In this document: piece by piece, positions 28,550 to 41,443 of the stretch
Layout: every line of letters starts with the position of its first letter
Numbering within the stretch: position 1 is the stretch's first letter
Assembly: GCF_009914755.1 (NCBI RefSeq)
Contig: NC_060926.1
Direction: 5' to 3' (one strand)
Length of the DNA stretch: 64,000 nt
Source: the human T2T-CHM13v2.0 reference genome, Homo sapiens
Position numbers and translations under genes: made by a program
The notes under the pieces: generated by a model
Seen by the model: the letters and a program-made list of their open reading frames with translations, nothing else
Told to the model about the DNA's origin: nothing
Database searches by the model: none

Positions 28550-29230
28550 GTTATTGCCACTACTACTCCCTCATTCAAGCCATCAACATCTTTTCCAGGA
28601 TGAATTTGATAATCCCTGAACTGGATTCATCATTTCCCTTCTTGTCCTTCTTTTCAGACCAAGCATGATCTCTTTAAAAAGTAAGTTGCATCATTTTCAC
28701 CTCTGATTAGACAGCCAGTAGCTGCTCAAAATCAGAACCAAACCCAAATGCCTCAATTTGATCTGCATGACCCTACCTGACCTAATCTGACTTCACTGTA
28801 AATATGGCTTTCTCTACTTCTGTTCTCTCCCAAACACACACAGTTTATTTCAGACAAAGTGACCTGCTTTCTTTAAAATACCAAAATCACAACTTCCTCT
28901 CAAGGGTTGCATAGAAAATTCCTCCCTCTAGATGACTCAGAGCTTGTCCCCTCTCGTCACTTAGTTTTACCAAATATGTCACTTACTCAACAAGGCCTTC
29001 TGCGATTATAACTACGACTCCCAATTGCATTGTCCTCAGTCACATTACATTATTTTTCTTTCTTTTTAGCAAGGATGTTATTTATTTATTTGTTTGCTGT
29101 TTCTGTCTCCTCTTGCACTAAAGCCCTATCAGCCCAGTTACATTGTCTACCTTGTTCACTTGCTTCATTCCAACCACGTAAAATAGTGATTACCACTTAT
29201 TTGCTCATCTTTGTCAAATGAGTGAATAAA
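28550..29230 (+). mobile_element. L2 3' fragment
   Basis: caagccatcaacatct...gatctctttaaaaagtaagttgcatcat...aggccttct...aaatgagtgaataaa. Confidence 0.65.
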
Positions 29231-31422
29231 CACATGAGTGATCACCAACTATATGAGTTGCTTCAAGGATCATGTGATTCAGCAAGAAAAAAAAATGTGA
29301 ATGAAAAGCGAAGGTATGCTGAAAATGTAAAGAGCTTCTTGCTATTAGTAACTCATATTAAGCAATTAATATAATTAATAAAATAATAAGTATTTATGTA
29401 ATGCAATACATGATACGATGTGTTTTCACAGACATTACACTCTGTGCACTCACAGAACGTTAGGGTCATAGCTATGTTTATCTTCTCAGAATGGGTCGGA
29501 GCAATTTTCTGTAAAACTCTGGTGGTGTTTTCATAGACACCCAGATGAAAATACACACAAGGTAAAACCCTCATGCCCTTCATTACTTTATGTTCTCCTA
29601 GCAATGAGAATAGCAAAGGAAGTCAAAATGTGCTAAGATGTTGGTTCTTTCACTGTCAAGATTAATTTCTAAATATTTGACAAGATCACTAGCAAGTGAA
29701 AATAGGAAGAAAACGTGCTAGGAGAAGGAACTGTAGAATTGAGTGTAATACAACAACGGACAAAGAAGAAGGTTTAAGTTCTGAATATCTGATATATTTA
29801 GTATATCTAAATTCAACATTTAGATTTAGATATTCTAAATGTTGATCATGTTGGATAGTCATCAAATTTTCTTGCAAATAAGATTAGTGTGCTGTTGTAT
29901 TACAGGACATCAATATAGTGCTCCTGAACTGCTAGTCTTTGTGTTAGAAATGACATCAATACAAGGGCGCTCAGCAAGAGTGCCTGAATTCTGAGTTAGT
30001 AATTCCATCTACAAATCTGATGTAGTTATTATGCTTAATGAAAATCTCAAAAATATGGATGCCCAGTGGGCACAATCTGTAGTGCTTTCACCTGATGAGG
30101 CAAGAATCTCACTCACGAGGTGGTGTCATTATCACTGTACTTCCAGATCTTAGTCATGAAAAAAATGCCTTAAAAGTTAATAGAGTTGGATAAAGTGGAA
30201 TATTTCAATAAAGCACACTTGCTATTCTAACATTTTTGTCCCAATAAAAATATACCATTAAAAGCTTTGTAAATGCACAAAATGTCTTAGATAATCTAAA
30301 AACTGAATCATTTTTAAATCTCTATAATATCTATTTTAGCAAAAGTTTAAGGTTCTAATTAGCTCAGCTACTTGATCTGAGCAGTAGTGGACAGAAGCTT
30401 CAATAAATTCTGACTATCGAAGTTCTCTTTCTTGGCATTGTTTTTCTTCCTTTCCTTACACATCCTAGTTTCAAAAGAAAACAGATGATTCTAAACACAT
30501 TTCGGTTATCAGCATTACACCTACAGCTTTTCTTTCTCACAAATATCTTAAGATATGCTAGGAACACACAAAGCAACCATAACTAAGTTTCATTTCTCCC
30601 CAAAACTCATTGTTAGTTATCTTTTCTCATTTTAAGAAGAAAGGGCTAAGATGACAAATCGTCATTAAAGAAAAACTCAGCGGTAGAAAAATTCTTAAGG
30701 AATTATATATTCGTATTTCTAAAGTTAAGCAGTCTTGGAAATCTTGAAGGATGTCAATGCAATGTGGAAAAGTTAGGAAGGGATGTCCTATTGATTGCAA
30801 GAATAAAACAAGAGACGATAGGTGGTACCTTGATCTTACCTAAAGAAGAAACATATTCTTTTGACTAAAATGAGGTCATGTTTCAACAATACCTGTCTTT
30901 GGTCTGAAGGCTAAGCCAGTCAGGACAATGAGGTGTATGCAACTCAGGAAGAGATGTCTGACTGTTAATAAGAATGTATTGTGAGATGAAATGTAATGTC
31001 GGTATCTTAGCAAGGCAACATGATCTATCTTCTTCAAGAAGTTTTTTTTTTTTTTTGGTTATTTTTCTCTTAACAAAGTTGGAAGAAATTGTATATGAAA
31101 AGGTACTTTCTCAACTTCTGTAAAGGATATAGTTATAATATTATTCATGTTTAAATGGAAACTTTTAAATACACAAGCTTATATCTGAGAAACTTTTATA
31201 TACGAGCTTATATTTGAGAAAAATAAGATTAAACAAATGGATCTGTGGTACAAATGTATTAATCAAAATTAATTTTCTTTCTTTTCTAAAGGTAAAGACA
31301 CCTTTGAAAAGCGTTACGTATTTACAACTATTCTGCAATATTTAAGAAGAAATCCCGAATGTAGACAATACATCATTATTAAACAAATATGAGTAGAGTT
31401 ATTGAACAACAGAAAAACATGT

Positions 31423-31601
31423 TTTTTTTAATTTTAATTTTAGATTTGGGGGTACATGTGAAGGTTTGTTACATAGGTAAACATGTGTAACAAGGGTTTG
31501 TTGATCATATTATCTTACCACCCAGGTGTTAAGCCCAGTGCCCAATAGTTATCCTTTCTGCTCCTCTTCTTCCTCCCACCCTCCCCCTTGAGTAGACCCC
31601 A
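31423..31601 (-). mobile_element. L1PA (about PA13) 3' end, 5'-truncated
   Basis: ggggtacatgtgaaggtttgttacataggtaaacatgtg...; imperfect TSD aaacatgtt/aatcatgtt. Confidence 0.88.
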
Positions 31602-34600
31602 ATCATGTTGAGACATGATTATTTCCAAAATGAACATTACTCTTTTCCACTAAGGATACTTACAAATTTGAAGTAATAGGGAATAAGATCAACAAATGGG
31701 TATACTCATTTATTTATTCATGCCATTGCATTTTTAAAAATCATAATTGGGTACCTAATTGTAGACTAAAACTAAGTTAATGTGACTGCATATGAAAATT
31801 AGTATAGTCATATTTAAAAGAGCATTTAATCCTGTTGTCCAATTTATGAATGATTTCCACTATATATATTCTTTATTGAGAGAAAATCTTTGAAATCACA
31901 TTTTGGAATATATTTAAGTTTTTTTTAATGTTTCACAAAATGGAGAAATACAAATTCAGTTAAAAAGTAAAGACAAAAAGAAAAATAATAAATTTCCACT
32001 TTCAATATAGTGAATTCTCTTTGAGTACAAATGAATTCAGAATACTTATTTATTTTCTAATAGTGTTTTAAACTTGTATAATACCCCATTATATAAATAT
32101 GTAGTTACTACCAAAAATATTTCATTTGCCTAGTATGAGAGACACAACAGCAAAAGCACATATGATTTGCTCTGCAAACTAGAAATATGTTGCATAATTC
32201 TTTCAGGGAAATATGTTGTTGTTATTGTTTCTTCATAGAATCTCAATTTAGGCTTTTCCTGCAAGACCAGTCTTACTTTTTTTTTTTACAGGATGTATGG
32301 CTATTATTTAATAGTTTTGATTTCCATTTAGTTACTAGTCAGTTTCATCAATTGGTTTAGTCAGGGAGCTCAGTCAAAATATGTGGGCTTGTATAGAGAT
32401 AGCCTAAATAGAAAGGATGGAGAGAAAGAGAGATGGAGAGAGTGAGACTGACTCTACATTTTAATATCACTCAATTTAGAACAGAGCAATACATAATACA
32501 TACTTTCTAACTTGGCCTTGTAATTATGCCAGGGGAAAAAGGGAGGCCATCTGATCATTTATGAAGAGGAAAATATAGATTTAAAATTGTGAGGGCAGAT
32601 TATAGAAGACAAACAGAAAAAAAACAGCATATACATTTGGAAGATGTAAGCTTACTTGTTGTGCTGAATGGCAGAATCTCCTGAATCCTTCATTCTCCTT
32701 TCTCTAAAATAGAGGGTTCATATGTACTTGGTGAGATTGACATGTTATTCAAATGAGAGAGGACTGAAGAGCCAGAACAGAGATTCAATACTATTGCAAG
32801 TATAATACTTTTCAAAATTGAGTGAGTGAGGTAAAGACACTCATTCTGTGCCAGTGGAACTCACATATGGAAATTAGTCCAAAAACCAACTTTTAAAAAC
32901 TCAAATTATTTTTAGAGATATTTTCATTTTTTGTCTTATTTACTGTTTAAATAATATTTTATCCCAAAAAACTAATAAGTTTTAAAAATCTCCATCCAAA
33001 ATAAAATAACTGGAGAATGTTCCCAAGGCCTATAGACTATACAATTTGTGATTGCTCTGTTGCAATTTCATTTCTATGTCTCTAGACAATGGTTTGTGAC
33101 ACAGGTTAAATTTGGGAATAGCTATCCATGTGAAAATGTATAGCAACTCCACAGAAGAAAATAAAAAGCATCCCTTGACATTTTTCTGTTTGATTAGCTA
33201 ATTTTCCCTACTCTCCCCCCTCCTCTGCCAAAACCAAAAGAAAAACCTTCTTATTTGACCTTTCTATGCATCAAGATAGTTTTGGTCATTATTCTTGGAT
33301 TATATGGGGGAAGCCAGGTTTCTTGAAGAAATTTAAGAAAAGTTTTAAAACTATCTAAGGTAGACATAGATATTTTCTCATAGGAGTTTGGCTGAGCATA
33401 TATTCTGATTAATTCATAATGGAACTCAGTCTTTGGCTTTATTTTCTTTAGCATTCTGCTACTAAATGTATTGCTTCAAATTATAAGCATTGGGTATACC
33501 ATAATTATATTCATTTCAAAAGCAGATAATTTTGACACGTGTTTCTGCCACACAGTCAGATTCTGTTAAAACAAAATACTTGTTATATCGAAATGTATTA
33601 GAATATTATATGCTATGAGTCAAAAAATAACTTAAAATTTTTTTCATTTCACTTTTTTTTTTGTCCAGATAAATAGACATGTTTATCTGGAGTTTTCAAA
33701 AGCAAAAGTTTCATTCATAAAAACCATCACCAATTTTCAAGCCAGAGTGGTATTTTTAATGGCGTTTGTGCCAAGGAAAGCCATTTTAAAGCAGATATAC
33801 AGACACACATAAACACACACAGAGAGAGATTAAAAACGGGGTTGGGGGCAATTGTATAGTTGGGTTCCACTTACTACTAACTTAGTTTGACGAATGATAT
33901 CATGTTGGCACAGGCATGTTTAACTTTTAGGATTAATTCTACTTTCTTTGAATGCATCTATCTAGAATGAAGACAAGTGTTTCCTTTGTACAAGAATTGT
34001 TTTGACAGACAGCCACAGAAGATAGAGAAATCTATCAGTATGTTTGATTGGTACTTTTTACTACACAGAATTCCTATAACCAGGAAAATGCTGAAGGAAA
34101 GGGAGGGAGAGTTGCACATTTCACATTAAGATACAAAAATTAATGGCAGAAACATAAAAAACTGGATCCATATATAGAATGGAGAAAAGACATAAAGTTC
34201 CCTCAACATCATAATCCTTGTAGAAGACCAAGTCCTGTTCAGTTCAGGTGACTTTAAATGGAGCTGATTTTTATGGTATCCCCTGGGCTGAGAAAAGAAA
34301 TTGACAAGGTAACTGGCAAGAAACTAATGTCCTGGATCCAATAGATTTGCAAACTAAGTATTTCTGCATACCTCCACCTTGAAAAACAAGCAGCATTTAG
34401 AAAGTGTCATCTAAGTCCTAAGAATACATTAACCATATCACTCATCTAGCACCCTTTCTAAGAAAATTTCCTTTACCTTCACTTACATTTTTAAAAAATC
34501 ACTTCCATATTTGTAATTCTAGCACAGTTAATATTTAATTTTTCTGCAATATTCTCATGTCTCTCTCCATTCTTAGAGGTCTAATTATATTCAGATTCAC

Positions 34601-34753
34601 ACTGGTGGCACTTTCCTTAAATTATTTTTATACTGTAAATATTTTCATATAATGTTTTTAATAATGAGATAAAAACATTTTAAGAAATTATTTTGTCTAA
34701 AGATATTTTAACCTATTCAAGAAATACTGATTCAGATTCTGATGTATGGCAGA

Positions 34754-34795
34754 ATCCATCCATCCATCCATCCATCCATCCATCCATCCATTCAT
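34754..34795. repeat. (ATCC)n tetranucleotide STR
   Basis: About 9-10 units. Confidence 0.95.
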
Positions 34796-36956
34796 CTTTT
34801 TCCTAAATTTATCTTCAGCTTTCTCTTAACTCCATTTTTCCTCCTGAATTCTGTTTTCTGCAATTCACATTCTTTCTTATTGTTTTAGCACATTTAAATT
34901 CTTTCTTTACCTTTTCCATTTTCTCTTTTCTCTCTCACTCAGTTTAAATTTGAGCTTGAGAAGAGAGAAAGAGAACAAATTCAAAGATTAGCAACCTCTT
35001 CAAAACAAAACTTTAATGTTATTTGTGGCATATGAAGAGACATAAATCGCAGTTCATTCTTCTTTGAGGGGAGATTAAAATTTTGATATACATTTAATTG
35101 CCATTGTTTGATGGTTTTCTATACAGATACATTAAAATGACTATAACAGCATGAACTTTAATTATTTGGAAATGTGTCTCCACATTGTATCATACTCGAG
35201 AATTTAACACAGACTAGCATTAGGCCTCTCAATCCCTTTTCAGAAAATTTGACACTTTAAGATATACTTCCTTTTAAGTTTTAATCCTTATCAAGCAATA
35301 CTTTGATATGATATGACATTGTTATATGACAAATTAGTTGATTCTAAGTGAATCTGATTTATCTTCCAATTTTGGCTGTTAAGAGTTACAAAGATGTTTC
35401 CTTTTTAAGATGTGATAGAATGTAATAAAAACTTACATGTACATTAGTTTAGCTCTATATAGAATCAATATAAACTAATAAAATAAACAATAAGGAATTA
35501 AAAGACAAGTGCACGTATATGGTTTGAACATAAACATACGAGTTAGTTTCAAGCCTTGTTCTATTTAATACAATGTTTGAACTTATGAATGTATAAAGGA
35601 AAAACACAGCTAGAAGGTAATACAAACACTTCTGATATAGTTCATACAGTTTGAGAAGCTACCTATTACACAATAAGTACACGTAGAACCTAAATGTGAA
35701 TTCTCATTTTTTGTCAAGCAGTTAGCTCTTGCACTACAAAACGCATCTGTATAATTCACATGCCTGTTCTGTTATTCAAGGACGATTGACATAAGCCTGT
35801 GCAGAAAGTTACATCTCATTAACCTCTTTCTTGAGTTTATATTCCCATATCTTCTGTTTCAGCATATTAGTGAGGGAAGCTTGTCATAATGCAGTAACAC
35901 TTTCTTTCTTAACTTTCAACAAGATTTCTCTCTTTAAAATTCCTTTTTCCAAATGGGGCCCATCCTTTTCACTTTTGGTAACTGTGAGAATTTTAGCTCT
36001 TTGCTAACAGTTTTGAAAGTGTGTTAAATATATAATAGTGGCAAAGTGCTGGTCTACAATTATTTTTACTTGTGCTATCTGATATAGTACTTCATGTGGA
36101 CGTGGTGATACAACACGACACTATTTCATTTTTTAGAAAAAAACTAGCAATCGTTTACCATGTGCTCTGCTTCTATCTTAGATGTTCCTCTCCCTCATGA
36201 AACTAAATTGGCACCAAATATAATCCTCTTAGTTATTTAATATTCTATCTCAGAAGAAAGTTGTGGGGTCTGTATTTTTTATGTTCTATACAAAATTCTC
36301 TTCAGATATTTACTCCAATCATGGTAGCAGTAGTTCTATCCTCATAAATGTATACAAAAGCATTGAGAACTCAGCTTTAGATGAAGTCAAATTTCTGGAG
36401 ATTGGAGACTCAATCAGGAAGAGCCCAATAGCAGTAGTCTGCCAGTACCATTATATTTTGCTAGCATACTGGGCTGAAAATCTCCATTCTGTTCATCTGC
36501 TCTGGTCCAACTTCAAACATTTTTCCTAAGAAAGGTTGAGAGCTGATTGTTCCAGATCAAAGACATCATCATTTCAAGGCGAGCTATGTGCTTCCATTTC
36601 ATCAGTATAGTTTCCAACCATTCCACACCAACTTCAAGGCAAGTTGAGCAAGTTCAGAAGCTATGGTTAGGTGGCAATGATATGCTTAAAAGATTATCAC
36701 CAATAAGTGTCAGATTTCCTAAAGGAACTCAGATTAGTCCCACCACTGGTAGAGGAAATAACACGTGTAGGTATGTTACAAAGGCTAGAATCTGGCTGCC
36801 AACAGCAGGTTGAATAGAAACACTGCAGTTCATTCCCCTGTTCTTTCCTATAATGAAGCAATATTTTTTGTCAATTCATAATCTGCTTCATGTAAATACA
36901 ATAACTAAATCTCCCAATGCAACATTCTGCCTATTTGCTTGGCATTGGGATCTGGG

Positions 36957-36960
36957 TTTC

Positions 36961-37001
<41 letters not shown>
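36957..37001. repeat. (TC)n microsatellite
   Basis: Read directly. Confidence 0.95.
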
Positions 37002-37006
<5 letters not shown>

Positions 37007-38017
37007 AAACTAAAAAGCTGAACTATACCAGTCAATATAAGCTCATTTTCTGATTTTAAAAAAATCTATGATACTTCTGATTTTACTTTAACCAGTTAAC
37101 CATTCCAAGGCCAGGGCCAGTGCCCCAAATATTCATCTAGTATTTTCCTCCCTTTTTCACCAGTGCATCTGTTGTCAAAGATTATTAAACTCGCACAGGG
37201 ATTCTTGATTTTCCAGATGAAAAGTTTATAGAATCCCGGCTTTTTCTAATTCCTACCTCCTTTCTCCTCTGCTCCCCATATCCATTCCCTTCTAAACTTC
37301 TACCATTCACCAGCTGCTTGGAGAAAAAGGAAAAGCAAAGCGCCAGACTGGAGAGAGGCACTCCAGGGGTGGGTTAGCCCCTCAGAGCACCTGGGCTGTG
37401 TCACAGACCCTCATAATCGAAAAGTCAATTTCAAGCAGGTGCGTGCGCCCGGAATCGTCCTAAAAGCCTCTCTGCTGATGACAGGACTCTGACCCCAGTC
37501 TGCCCCCAGGAAGGGGCTATAGAAACGAAAGGGGCCTGAATCGGCGCTTTCGCCGCTCCACGGACCTCGAATGCAGCAGGTAAGGAAGTTAACCTGGGAG
37601 CTAAGTTGAGGGCGGACACGCTTAACGCGGAGAACCTGGAGCTCGCAAAAGCTCGCAGTTGAGGGCCATCGCGGAGGGAAGTCTTTCGGAAATGCGAATT
37701 CTCATTCCAACATCTGCAGCGCTTAGAATTCGCGGACAGAAGCGCACAGCCAAGTGCACACACTCCCGGAGGGGACAAAATGGGGACCGGGAAACGGCCA
37801 AAGGGAAAAGCTGTGGGGGTGCCGAGGACTCAGGCACTTGGTTCAGAAATCCCGCACCGCACCTCTCACCCCCGCACAGGGCCAGCGCACGGTGGTCACC
37901 CGGTCCCGGGGAGCGGAGCTGCAAGGACTTAAGTTTCACACTCACTTATCTGCAAGCATCGCCCAGCAGGAAAGCCAAGGAAGTCAGGGGAGGGGAGCGG
38001 GGAGGTGTTCTCCTTAC

Positions 38018-38099
38018 CTCGGTCGGCTCCCACGGTCAGCACCCTGGCAATCGGCAATAATCCCGAGAGAGTGAGTAAGGCGAGGAGAAACTCGGACAT
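38018..38099 (-). CDS. LRP1B: LRP1B exon 1 coding part (signal peptide; 27 codons + 1 nt, phase-1 donor)
   Basis: Translation [27 protein letters not shown] matches my recollection of the LRP1B N-terminus; hydrophobic signal peptide; start context CCACA-ATG-T (A at -3); followed by CGAG|GTAAGG donor (GT at 38017-38016); lies in a CpG island. Confidence 0.96.
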
Positions 38100-38390
38100 T
38101 GTGGTCGCCCGGTAAGGAAGCCTGCGCTGGAGACTGCTCGGCGGCACCTTCGGCCCGGCGGCGGCGGCGGCGGCAGGGGCCGCTTGGAGCCTGGAATCGA
38201 GCGGCGTCATTTACAAATGTCACTGGAAATTCTTCAGCTCAATGAGTCCAGCCAGTCAGCCTTCTCCTGCCTGGAGCAGGATGTGGAAGGTGGAGGGATG
38301 CGCGCGTGCGGGAGAGAGGAGGCAGAGCGTGTGTGAGCGCGAGCGAGACGCCCGTGTGTCTTGACTTTTCAATGCAGGGTACGTCTGATC
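38100..38390 (-). other. LRP1B: LRP1B 5'UTR (exon 1); upstream boundary/TSS approximate
   Basis: GC-rich sequence contiguous with the start codon within the CpG island; the TSS cannot be fixed from sequence alone. Confidence 0.65.
38156..38174. repeat. (CGG)6 / (GCC)6 trinucleotide repeat in 5'UTR
   Basis: cggcggcggcggcggcggc read directly. Confidence 0.95.
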
Positions 38391-39837
38391 TTACATCACG
38401 CAAGAGGGGCAGTGAGAGATGCCAGCGGATGGGAATTCACTGATTAATCACCGAATCCACCACACACCCCTTCGTCGTTCACATAAATCACATCTATTAC
38501 TTAATAAGAGGCATTTAACACAACAGGAAAATACCACCGCGAACGGAGAGCGCCACAAATCACAATTATTTTAATCCCCTTGAAGGGAAAGTAACTCGAA
38601 GCTGGTTCTGTGGGGATTTGGGTCTTTGGAGAAGGGAGAGACTTCTGCATTGGCCTGAGCCAGCCAGGCGCCTACAATGCTCCGCAGTTCACAGCCAGCT
38701 GAGAACCCTCAGCCGAGCACAGGGCTGCTTCTGCAGGCAAAACAAAGCTTCTCCCTTCGTTCCTCGGAAGCTTCCTTCCCGGGAAGGAAGGACAAGCCAA
38801 GGAACAGAGCTTCTCTTAGGGAAATGGTTTCCTCGGCTCTACACAGAATCCCAGTACTTCCTGAATTGCACTTTTAACTTTTATGCTGAGCAGCACCTGG
38901 GGACAAAGAGGCAAAATTTAGTGACTCAGCAGAAACAGAAAGCAAAACAACCCCCAAAGTCATTAACCGTTGCGTAAGAAGGGAAGGTTAATGGAAAAGG
39001 CTATTGAGGTCCCCAGGCAGGGAACAATAAAGCAACGAATTGGCAGCGTTTTTCTCTGGGGTTCTGTCTTTAAAAGGGTACTTCGAGCCATTTTAAACAG
39101 GCTTTGAGGGTTTTGTTGTTTTTGTTTTGTGTTTTGTTTTGTTTTCCTTTTCCATATACTACAGGGGCGGTGTAAGAACTTTCCCGAGCCATCGGAGGCA
39201 TCAACGGGAATCACTGGAATAATAATATTAGTAAAGTTGTTTTTATGACCACTTAAGTTTACAACATGATCATCCCAGTCCCTAAAATTTTAGTTTGCCA
39301 TTACAAAGTGGCTACGGAATTAAAACTCAGAAATCTTAATAGTTGTAGACTTACTTTCTTCCTTGTAACATCAGGAATTCTCTTCTAAGAACAAGAGTTG
39401 AAAAGGTTTTATATTTAATATTTTGAAACTGGACATGAGTGGAGAGGAAAACTATGAGAAGGGAACAGAACTAAGGAAGAGAACGATTGAAAAGTGAAGG
39501 AAGATGCTTTAAAAGCTTTATTTACTTTGCTGTTTGAGACTTATAAGTGAATGCCAGCATTACTATCTACCTATTTATGAGAGTAAAATTATCCAGAAAT
39601 ATCTTTAGATGCTCCTTTGAAGCCATTAAAAACTGGACTAGATGAAAGAACACAGAGATGACTTTGCAGAACATTGTCAATAATCTGTGGATTTCACCTT
39701 TTTATTCTTACTCTGTGATTATAAATGTATTTTATGTCACTTTTTCCATGTTTTAAATTATAAAGTTTACTTTCCCTTGAAAATACAACCATTTTGTGTT
39801 TGAAATATGACTCCTACATTCAAAAGTGTATGCTTAA

Positions 39838-40025
<188 letters not shown>

Positions 40026-40190
40026 AAGTGTATGCTTCTTTTCTTCTAAAGTTGTTACATGTCTAATTTTTCCTAGATGTTTTTATTATTTCATAATATA
40101 GTGTACAATATAGAATAAAAAGATTTTTTTACATATTTTACTTCATACTGAAAATTCACAAACTTTGAAATGAGTGGCAGAGTTTAAAGA

Positions 40191-40208
40191 ATATGTGTGT
40201 GTGCGCGC

Positions 40209-40244
<36 letters not shown>

Positions 40245-40251
40245 CAGAGAG
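40191..40251. repeat. Compound (TG)n(CG)3(TG)n(AG)n microsatellite
   Basis: Read directly. Confidence 0.95.
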
Positions 40252-41103
40252 ATTTGAATGATGTGCCAAGTAATAAATGTTTCTTTCTCGAGGGTCCACA
40301 GACCTCTGTATTGTATGACAAACTTATTCACTGGGACAACGTAGCAGGTGTCTTTCTTACATGATCCCATTCAGTCAACTAGAAGGTCAGCTATTAGGAG
40401 ATCTGTATCCACTTAACTCTTGGCAAGAAAATGAGGAGTGCTTACAAACCATACTAAGGACATCCAGATTCTTCCTCTTCTGAAAGATTACCACCAATCG
40501 CCCTCCACTTCACTGCAAAGTAAAGGAAAGCAGCCAGGAACAGTATGACCCACCAAAGACTTTTACCACATACTAAAGTGCCCCAATGCTATGATTAAAA
40601 ATCACTAACTCATTCACTTCTGTAGTACGTGCAGCAGCCCTAGATTCCATGGTCAGCTTGGAAAAGGGAAAAGCTAGGAAAGATCATAAGAGTAGCAAAT
40701 ACTCAGGAGATTTTGTATTCTAAATATACAACATTCCAAATACGTAGAGCCTCCTAATAGCCTGTTAAATGAATTAGCCAGAGTAAAAACCATATGATCT
40801 TTTTAGATCATCTGGTTGACTTTTTTATTTCATTGAGTGGAAAAAAATCAAAAATGCATTGTCTGCACATTGTGACCAGAATAATAAAGCAAAATAGAAT
40901 TCTTAAGTAATCACCAATTAAGTCAGTAATCATGAATGACATAGGACTCAAAACAGTTACTATAAAATAGTGATAGTAAATATGGAAGATTAGTTACTAA
41001 AGTATAGGCTGGAGCACCAATAAAAGGTAACATGATAAGCCTAATTTCCACTGTGAATTAATCTTAATGAAGTATTATCTATAAAATAAAATTTGCAGCT
41101 TTA

Positions 41104-41443
<340 letters not shown>

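Larger units (their letters stand above)
37430..38420. promoter_or_regulatory. LRP1B: CpG island / TATA-less promoter of LRP1B
   Basis: Sharp rise in GC and CpG density against a CpG-depleted background; spans exon 1; NRF1-like GCGCGTGCG (~38302-38310) and G-rich boxes at 37987-38005. Confidence 0.9.

Noticed and set aside
36263-36813. Two adjacent 88-aa plus-strand ORFs as a pseudogene or antisense gene
   Set aside because: Non-ATG starts, no recognisable homology, no poly-A/TSD.
37929-38017. Read-through of the exon-1 ORF into intron ([13 protein letters not shown]...)
   Set aside because: Lies past a strong GTAAGG donor; ORF-finder artefact with no evident nearby poly(A) signal.
38036-38051. 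REST/RE1 site (TCAGCACC)
   Set aside because: Only the left half matches; the right half GGCAAT has 3 mismatches to GGACAG, and it lies in coding sequence.
37431-38074. Several 100-133 aa ORFs on both strands
   Set aside because: Expected from stop-codon scarcity in a CpG island; no recognisable domains.
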